DNA from: Myxococcales bacterium
Lineage (GTDB): Bacteria > Myxococcota_A > Polyangia > Palsa-1104
NCBI GenBank assembly: GCA_003170275.1
Contig: PNAM01000015.1
Coordinates: 53,546-117,545, forward strand
Direction: 5' to 3'
Length of the DNA: 64,000 nucleotides
Shown: positions 56,835-64,000 of the stretch, piece after piece
How the letters are laid out: each line of letters opens with the position of its first letter
Numbering within the stretch: the stretch's first letter is position 1
Notes under the pieces: generated by a model
The model's database searches: none
Seen by the model: the letters and a program-made list of their open reading frames with translations, nothing else
Told to the model about the DNA's origin: nothing
Position numbers and translations under genes: made by a program

Positions 56835-57437
56835 TCAGTTGCACGTGACGCTCGTGCAGGTCCCGGTTCCTCCTCCGCCGCTGCAGTTCACGATGCACGT
56901 TCCGGACGAACACTCGCTCTGGACGACGGTCGTTGCCAGGCAGCCCAGGGTCATCGTGTTGCACGTGCCGCATCGGAAGAAGCACGTGAACGTCGCTGTG
57001 TTGCACGCGTAGTGACCGCAGCTGATTCGCGTCTGCGCCGGACACGCGGCGCGGGCGGATTCGCGGGCGGCTCTTCGACAGGCGCCGGCACCTGGTTGGG
57101 CGGCCCCGCGACACGCTCCTTCTGGGCGATCCCGGCGATTGCGCGGGTCGGCGCTCGAGCGCAAAAAGGTCCGATAGAAATAGAGCGCGCGCTCGTGGTG
57201 CTCCGCGAGCCGGTGCGCCTGCGCGAGGTTGTAGAGGAAGACCGGATCGGGCGGCAGCCGAGAGGCCGCTTCGAACTCTTCGATCGCCTGCGGATATTCC
57301 TGCAAGTTGAAGTGGGCCAGCCCGCTGTCGTAGTGCCGCTTGATCTCCTGAACCGCGGGATCGTCGCTGGGTCGCGCGTACGCCGGCGACGCGAGCCACA
57401 CGATCAGCGATGCCAGGATCAAGCCACGCGTACCCAC
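56835..57437 (-). CDS. TPR protein (paralog of 33671..34309) with Cys/Thr-rich C-terminal tail; possible frame disruption in the linker
   Basis: Signal peptide plus TPR (IKRHYDSGLAHFNLQEYPQAIEEFEAA..LYNLAQAHRLAEHHERALYFYRTFL). The tail CGHYACNTATFTCFFRCGTCNTMTLGCLATTVVQSECSSGTCIVNCSGGGGTGTCTSVTCN has high third-position GC. The linker reads better in another frame (see findings). Confidence 0.55.
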   Translation of the reverse strand: MGTRGLILASLIVWLASPAYARPSDDPAVQEIKRHYDSGLAHFNLQEYPQAIEEFEAASRLPPDPVFLYNLAQAHRLAEHHERALYFYRTFLRSSADPRNRRDRPEGACRGAAQPGAGACRRAARESARAACPAQTRISCGHYACNTATFTCFFRCGTCNTMTLGCLATTVVQSECSSGTCIVNCSGGGGTGTCTSVTCN

Positions 57438-57508
57438 GCTTCATCGAAACGTGCCGCAGCGACGCACGTCAAACCCCCTCGCTGGGGCCGTTTTGGTAGG
57501 CTGCGGGC

Positions 57509-58375
57509 GTGTCGCTCACCGCCCATCTGCGGCGCTACGCCGGCCTCCTCGGCGCGCAGCCCGACGATCCGCTCGCCCGCCGCGATCCCGCGTTCATCGA
57601 GCGCGAGCTCGACGTGCTCGGGCGCTTCACCGACGCGTGGTACGCGCCGGAGGTGCAAGGCCTCGAGCACCTGCCCGACGGACGCGCGCTGGTGGTCGGC
57701 ACGCACAACGGCGGCGCGCTCGCGCCCGACATGTTCTCGCTGATGGTGGCGTTCTGGCGCCAGTTCGGCACGGCCTACCCCGCGTACGGGTTGGCGCACG
57801 ACGCGGTGTTCAAGGTGCCGCTGCTCGGCCGCTGGCTGTTCAAGGTGGGCGGCGTGCCGGCGCTCAGGGCGCACGCGCAGGCGCTGCTCGAGCGCGACGC
57901 GACGGTGCTGGTCTATCCGGGCGGCGATCTCGACGCGTTCAAGCCGTACGCCGAGCGGCACCAGGTGAAGTTCGGCCATCGCTCAGGCTTCGTGCGCACC
58001 GCGCTCTTGACCGGCGCGCCGATCGTCCCGGTGATCTCGGTCGGCGCGCACGAATCGGTCTACATCCTCACCGACGGGCGCGAGCTGGCCGAGCGGCTCG
58101 GGCTCAAGCGCCTGTTGCGCATCGAGGTGGTGCCGGTGATGCTCGCGCCGCCGTTCGGCCTGTGGATCGGCCCGTACGACGGGCACTGGCCGATTCCCTC
58201 CAAGGTGCGCATCCGAGTGCTGCCGCCGATGCGCTTTGCGCACCCGCCCGAAGCCGCCGCCGATCCGAGCCTCGTCGCCGCGGTGTGCGAAGAAGTGCGT
58301 CGCACCATGCAGGCCGCGCTCGACGAGCTGGTGGCCGAAGGCGGCTTCGGCCCGCGCGCGCGACTTACGTCGTAA
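57509..58375 (+). CDS. lysophospholipid/glycerolipid acyltransferase (LPLAT superfamily)
   Basis: VVGTHNGGALAPD (H-x4-D-like), VYPGGDLDAFK, GFVRTALLTGAPIVPV blocks typical of PlsC-type acyltransferases. Confidence 0.75.
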   Translation: MSLTAHLRRYAGLLGAQPDDPLARRDPAFIERELDVLGRFTDAWYAPEVQGLEHLPDGRALVVGTHNGGALAPDMFSLMVAFWRQFGTAYPAYGLAHDAVFKVPLLGRWLFKVGGVPALRAHAQALLERDATVLVYPGGDLDAFKPYAERHQVKFGHRSGFVRTALLTGAPIVPVISVGAHESVYILTDGRELAERLGLKRLLRIEVVPVMLAPPFGLWIGPYDGHWPIPSKVRIRVLPPMRFAHPPEAAADPSLVAAVCEEVRRTMQAALDELVAEGGFGPRARLTS

Positions 58376-60494
58376 CCGCTTCCACCCGCACCGGCACGCC
58401 GTTCATCACCGCGGTCCCGAGCAGCGGCTCGACCATCTCGTCGTCGGTGAGCGCGTTCACGTTCGGTCCCGGCAGCGCGCCCGCGATGGCCATCGACGCC
58501 GCCGCCGCCGCGTGCCCATATCCGTGCGGCAGCGACACCACGCCGCGCCGGATGTCCGCCGTGGTCTCGAGCTTGGCGGTCACCTGCCCGACCCGGCTCA
58601 CCACCCGCACCGGCGCGCCACCCGCCAGACCCAGCTTGGCCGCGTCGTCGGTGTGCATCAACAACGTCGCGCGATCCGGTCCCTTCACCAGCGATCGCAC
58701 GTTGTGCATCCACGAGTTGTTGGTGCGCAGGTGCCGCCGCCCGATCAGCACCAGCCCCGCGCCGGCCCGCTCGCCCAGCCACGCATCGAGCCTTTGCGCA
58801 TCGGCGACCAGCGCCGCCGGCGCCAGGTCGACTCGCGCGTCGGGCAGCCGCACCTTGTCCGCGCGTCTCGGCTCGAGCGGTCCCAGGTCGATCCCGTGCA
58901 CCGCCTGTCGCACCTTCTTCAGGCTCAAGCGATACTTCCCGGTGCGCAGCATCACGTCGATCAGCCGATCCGGAGACAGCTTGACGCCCGCGCGCCACGC
59001 CAGCCGCATCGCACCGTCGAGCAGCCGATTGCCGGTCTTGAGCCCGCCCAGGCGCATCCCCAGCTCGTACAAGATCTCCCAGTCCTCACGCGTATCCGGC
59101 GCGGGCGCGATCACGCGCTCGGAGTACTTGACCGTGTTGCGCACCGCCAGCGTGTGGAACACCGCATCGAAGTGCCCGTGCTCGAGCGAGTGCGTCGGCG
59201 GCAGGATCAGGTTCGCGTGCCGCGTGGTCTCGTTGATGTAGAAATCGATCGACACCATGTACTCGAGCTTGGCCAGAGCGCGCGCCAGTCGCTCGCCGTT
59301 CGACGTCGACAGCACCGGGTTGCCGGCGAAGGTCACGAACCCGCGCAGCTGTCCGTCGCCCGGGGTCTCCATCTCCTCGGCCATCACCGACGCCGGCAGG
59401 TTGCCGCCGAACTCGGGCAGCCCGCGCACGCGCGAGCGCCAGCGTCCCCAGTGGTTGCCCACCAGCTTGCGTCCGAGGCTCGCGGCGTCGACCGCCGGCG
59501 ACGAGAACATCGCGCCGCCCGGCCGATCGAAGTTGCCGGTCACCACGTTGAGCGCCTCGATCAGCCAGCTCGCCACCGGGCCGAACGGATTCTGGCAGGT
59601 GCCCACGCGCCCGTACGCCACCGCGCGCTTGGCCGCCGCGAACTCGTGCGCCAGCCGGCGAATGGTCGGCGCGTCGATGCCCACCGCCTCCGCCACCTGC
59701 TCGGGCGAATGACGCGCGGCGAACGCGCGCAGCTCGTCGAGCCCGCGCGTGGCCGCCTCCAGCTCGCTGTCGAGCTTTCCCTCGGCGAACAGCACGTGCA
59801 GCATGGCCGCCAGCAGCGCCGCGTCGCCGCCCGGCCGGATGAAGTGGTGCTCGTCGGCCCAGGCGGCGGTCTCGGTGCGCCGCGGATCGATCAGCACCAC
59901 GCGCCCGCCGCGCTCGCGGATGCCGGTGATGCGTCCCTTGACGTCGCCGAGCGTCATCACGCTGCCGTTCGACGCCGCCGGGTTGGCGCCCAGCATGAGG
60001 AAATAATCCGTGCGATCGACGTCGGGCAGCGTCACCGAGAGCTGATCGCCGTACATCATCATGCACGCGAACAGCTTCGGATTCGCGTCCTGCGAGTTGG
60101 CGTCGAAGCGGTTGCGCGTGGCGAGCGCGCGCGCGAAAAACGGCATCAGCGAGATCGAGCCGTGGTTGTGCACCGTCGGGTTGCCGACGTACAAGCCCAC
60201 CGCGTTGACCCCGTGCGCGCGCTTGATCTCGTCGAGCCGGGTGGCCGCTTCGTTCAGTGCCTCGTCCCACCCCACCCGCTCCCAACCGCCCGGAGTGCGA
60301 CGCATGGGATGGCGGATCCGATCGGGGTCCTCGAGCACCTCGCGCATCGCCGGCCCCTTGGGGCAGATGTGGCCGCGCGAAAACACGTCTTCCTTGTCCG
60401 GACGCACGTCGGTGATCTTGCCGTCGTCGACGGTGAGCACCATGCCGCACATGGCCTCGCAGACGTTGCACGTGCGATGGAAGGTCTCGGGCAT
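58365..60494 (-). CDS. molybdopterin-dependent oxidoreductase (formate dehydrogenase/nitrate reductase superfamily) with N-terminal 4Fe-4S motif
   Basis: TCNVCEAMCGMVLTVDDGKITDVRPDKEDVFSRGHICPKG (Cys cluster). Molybdopterin and C-terminal MopB barrel regions. 11-nt convergent overlap with the acyltransferase gene. Confidence 0.9.
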   Translation of the reverse strand: MPETFHRTCNVCEAMCGMVLTVDDGKITDVRPDKEDVFSRGHICPKGPAMREVLEDPDRIRHPMRRTPGGWERVGWDEALNEAATRLDEIKRAHGVNAVGLYVGNPTVHNHGSISLMPFFARALATRNRFDANSQDANPKLFACMMMYGDQLSVTLPDVDRTDYFLMLGANPAASNGSVMTLGDVKGRITGIRERGGRVVLIDPRRTETAAWADEHHFIRPGGDAALLAAMLHVLFAEGKLDSELEAATRGLDELRAFAARHSPEQVAEAVGIDAPTIRRLAHEFAAAKRAVAYGRVGTCQNPFGPVASWLIEALNVVTGNFDRPGGAMFSSPAVDAASLGRKLVGNHWGRWRSRVRGLPEFGGNLPASVMAEEMETPGDGQLRGFVTFAGNPVLSTSNGERLARALAKLEYMVSIDFYINETTRHANLILPPTHSLEHGHFDAVFHTLAVRNTVKYSERVIAPAPDTREDWEILYELGMRLGGLKTGNRLLDGAMRLAWRAGVKLSPDRLIDVMLRTGKYRLSLKKVRQAVHGIDLGPLEPRRADKVRLPDARVDLAPAALVADAQRLDAWLGERAGAGLVLIGRRHLRTNNSWMHNVRSLVKGPDRATLLMHTDDAAKLGLAGGAPVRVVSRVGQVTAKLETTADIRRGVVSLPHGYGHAAAAASMAIAGALPGPNVNALTDDEMVEPLLGTAVMNGVPVRVEAVTT

Positions 60495-60542
60495 GGCCCC
60501 AGCATGCGGTGGCGGCGCGGGCCGCGCAACGGATCTCGAGGC

Positions 60543-61430
60543 TTACTTTCGGGAGCGGTGGTGCCGGGCTTTGGTGGGAAGCGGAAGCGTCGCCGCGGCC
60601 TCGAGCGCCGCCTTCGGGATCGCCAGCACCGGAGGCGCGTGTCCCTCGGCGCGCTGCTCGGGTGCCAACTGGGACGGGAGCAGGTTCGGCACTGGCGGCG
60701 GCCGCATCAGCCAAAGCGCCGCAAATCCGGCAGCCGCGAGCGTCGCGGCGCCGGCCAGCCAGGCCGATACCCGTCCCGACCCGACCTTCGGCCTGGGCGC
60801 GGTGTACGGCTCGGCCTTCGCTACATTAATGATGGGCGGCCCCGAGACACCCAGGTCGGGCACCCCCGAGCTCTCCTGAATGTCCACGTAGATGCGCAGC
60901 CGCGCGGAGCCCGAGCGCGTCACATCCAGCCCCACCCAACGCACCAACCCGGTGCACGCGCGGTCGGCCGACAGCTCGGTGGTCACCTCGCTGCCGAGCT
61001 TGAGCCACGGCAGCTCGGCCTCGAGCATGATGCCCTCCGCCGTCTGGTCGCGCGCCACCGCGCGCAGCGGCGCCGGCAGCGACGCCAGGTGGATCCGCAC
61101 GTCGCGCGGGTGCATGCCGGTCGGCTCGCGCGACTTCTGCGCCACCAGTCGTTGGATCCGCCGCTCGGACGTGTCGTCGAGCCGCACGAAGCGAAGCGCC
61201 ATCCCGTGGTCCCGCACCCACACCACCTCGGCCCTGGCTTCGATCGGGAGCCCGCCGTCGCCGAGCTCGATCTTCAGCCCGACCGGCTCGCCCGGATCGA
61301 GCTGCTCGTCCGCGCGGACGAAGATCCCGCCCACCGACAGGTTCACCGCACGTGCCTCGATCGGCTTCTCGCCCGACTCGAGCGTGACCGCGGCATCATG
61401 TTCTATGCGAGGCGCGCTGCTGGAACGCAT
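60543..61430 (-). CDS. tandem PilZ-domain protein with C-terminal TM segment
   Basis: APRIEHDAAVTLESGEKPIEARAVNLSVGGIFVRAD...RAEVVWVRDHGMALRF, then a second PilZ-like repeat (RDVRIHLAS...GLVRWVG). Confidence 0.75.
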   Translation of the reverse strand: MRSSSAPRIEHDAAVTLESGEKPIEARAVNLSVGGIFVRADEQLDPGEPVGLKIELGDGGLPIEARAEVVWVRDHGMALRFVRLDDTSERRIQRLVAQKSREPTGMHPRDVRIHLASLPAPLRAVARDQTAEGIMLEAELPWLKLGSEVTTELSADRACTGLVRWVGLDVTRSGSARLRIYVDIQESSGVPDLGVSGPPIINVAKAEPYTAPRPKVGSGRVSAWLAGAATLAAAGFAALWLMRPPPVPNLLPSQLAPEQRAEGHAPPVLAIPKAALEAAATLPLPTKARHHRSRK

Positions 61431-61556
61431 GGCGTCCTACAGAGCAAGATGCGTTCCCACGTAAGCCCGCGTAATTGCGCACACCTGATCGGTCCCGACC
61501 CTCCGAAAACCGGAAACCGAACGAATTGTGGACACTGTGCTAGAGTTTGGCACTTC

Positions 61557-61841
61557 ATGAAGCGTTCCGTCGCCGTGACCATCGCCGGCCAGCGTTACAC
61601 CATCAAGAGCGACGCCGACGAGGCGTATGTGCACTCGCTCGCCGGCGTGGTGAACGACAAGATCAAAGAAGTGCAAAAGGGAGCCAAGACCGCGCCGTTG
61701 CAGGCCGTGGCGGTGTTGGCGGCGTTGCAGCTCGCGGACGAGCTGGAGCGCGAGCGCGTGCGGCGCTCGGATCTTCGCAAGCGGGTGCGCGAGAAGTCTC
61801 GCGCGATCCGCGCGTTTCTCGATCGGGAGCTGAAGTCGTGA
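61557..61841 (+). CDS. zapA: cell division protein ZapA
   Basis: MKRSVAVTIAGQRYTIKSDADEAYVHSLAGVVNDKIKEV...LQAVAVLAALQLADEL is the typical ZapA pattern. Only the last 94 codons of the long track ORF 58236..61841 are real. Confidence 0.88.
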   Translation: MKRSVAVTIAGQRYTIKSDADEAYVHSLAGVVNDKIKEVQKGAKTAPLQAVAVLAALQLADELERERVRRSDLRKRVREKSRAIRAFLDRELKS

Positions 61842-61864
61842 TCGGCGAGCGCGCGGTGGTCGTT

Positions 61865-62015
61865 CAACCATCTGCCGTCGGGCGGGTGTTCCACATAGAT
61901 CAAAGCGTACGATCCCTGGGTCGTCACCTTCGGGTGACGCCTATTGGTGCGGATAGCGGGTGGGCCGATGCAGGGGATCTCGTGAGGGTCTAGGGGAACA
62001 CCGAACCGGCGGCTG
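61865..62015 (+). ncRNA. ssrS: candidate 6S RNA
   Basis: 183-nt gap between zapA and the 5-formyl-THF cyclo-ligase gene, the classical ssrS position in E. coli. Long-range pairing: CTGCCG 61872..61877 with CGGCGG 62007..62012, and GGTGTTCC 61885..61892 with GGAACACC 61995..62002. Central perfect hairpin GTCACC-TTCG-GGTGAC at 61923..61938. Ends are approximate. Confidence 0.6.
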
Positions 62016-62024
62016 GGAGTAAAG

Positions 62025-62629
62025 GTGGCCCTGGCCGTGGATGAGGTTCGTGCAAGCAAGGAGGCGCTTCGTGTAGCGCTGCGCCGGGAGCGACTCGCGC
62101 TCTCGACGGCGCAGGTGCGCGCGGCGTCCGAGGCGGTGTGCCGGCGCGTCGAAGCGCTGCCGGCCTTTCGCCGCGCGCGCACCCTCGCGATCTACGGCGC
62201 GATCAACGGCGAGATCGATCCGGCGCCGCTCGCCCGCCACGCCGCGCGCGTCTGTTACCCGCGCATCGAGCAGCGCACCACCCTCGCGTTTCACCTGGTC
62301 GCGGATCCGGGGGCGCTCGCACCCGATGTCTGGGGGATCCCGACCCCGTCCGCCGACTCGCCACCCATCGAGCTGGCCGAGGTCGACGTGGTGATCGTGC
62401 CCGCGCTCGCCTTCGACCGCACCGGCCATCGCCTCGGCTATGGGCGCGGCTACTACGACCGCGCCCTCGCCATGGCCGATCGCCCGTTGCGCGTCGGCGT
62501 GTGCCATCCCTTCCAATTGATCGACCAGCTGCCCCGGCATGACGCCGATCAGCCGGTCGACGTGATCGTCACCCCCGAGGGCACGCACGCGACCGGCGCG
62601 CGGCCCCATCTCGGTACCGTGGAGCTGCA

Positions 62630-62633
<4 letters not shown>
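62025..62633 (+). CDS. 5-formyltetrahydrofolate cyclo-ligase (MTHFS, YgfA family)
   Basis: KEALRVALRRERLAL, IYGAINGEIDPAPL, VVIVPALAFDRTGHRLGYGRGYYDR. GTG start with GGGAG RBS. Confidence 0.88.

Positions 62634-64000
<1,367 letters not shown>

Noticed and set aside
56842-56988. Three CACGTG palindromes within 150 bp as possible transcription-factor sites
   Set aside because: They are fully explained by Thr-Cys / Cys-Thr codon pairs (ACG TGC / TGC ACG) in the Cys/Thr-rich coding tail.
61548-61553. TGGCAC motif upstream of zapA as a possible sigma54 promoter
   Set aside because: It lies only 4 nt from the zapA ATG and has no properly spaced -12 GC element, so it cannot serve as a promoter for this gene.
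58236-61841. 1201-aa plus-strand ORF
   Set aside because: Most of it is antisense to the molybdopterin oxidoreductase and PilZ genes. Only the last 94 codons (ZapA, from ATG 61557) look like a real protein.

Overview
Very GC-rich chromosomal segment (by eye about two-thirds to 70% G+C; not computed). Gene content points to a myxobacterium (Myxococcota): a MYXO-CTERM-type sorting tail, PEGA and TPR proteins sharing a 'KKWWLWT' anchor, many Cys-rich lipoproteins, a Ser/Thr kinase with TPRs, and a sigma54 enhancer-binding response regulator. I support about 60 coding regions, 2 tRNAs plus one displaced tRNA fragment, and one candidate 6S RNA. No CRISPR array, rRNA or IS/transposase was seen.

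Left to right:
- An RND efflux operon (partial) lies divergent from a histidine kinase / NtrC-type regulator pair, with a sigma54-type promoter between them.
- A block of secreted and predatory-type proteins follows: Cys-rich lipoproteins, GH25 lysozyme, a TonB-dependent receptor operon, PEGA and LamG proteins.
- A TetR-controlled RND-MFP-OMF operon has two matching palindromic operators.
- A translationally coupled 4-gene operon ends in two tandem prokaryotic pentameric ligand-gated ion channel (pLGIC, GLIC/ELIC-like) paralogs.
- Next come a GH18 chitinase and a MEDS-domain sensor kinase split by a single in-frame TGA.
- A 10.9-kb integrated phage-satellite-like element sits in tRNA-Glu(UUC). 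It is bounded by 42-bp direct repeats.
- The window ends with the conserved zapA / 6S RNA / 5-formyl-THF cyclo-ligase / RNase Y neighbourhood.

The most interesting items are the compact tRNA-Glu element, the tandem pLGIC operon and the in-frame TGA in the MEDS kinase. The element carries an integrase, an Xis, a prim-pol/P4-type helicase, a TerL-like ATPase with a deviant Walker A, a DUF2213-like protein and a lone baseplate-J-like protein. No portal, capsid or tail tube gene was recognised in it.

Many long ORFs in the supplied track are antisense or off-frame shadows typical of high-GC DNA and were ignored.
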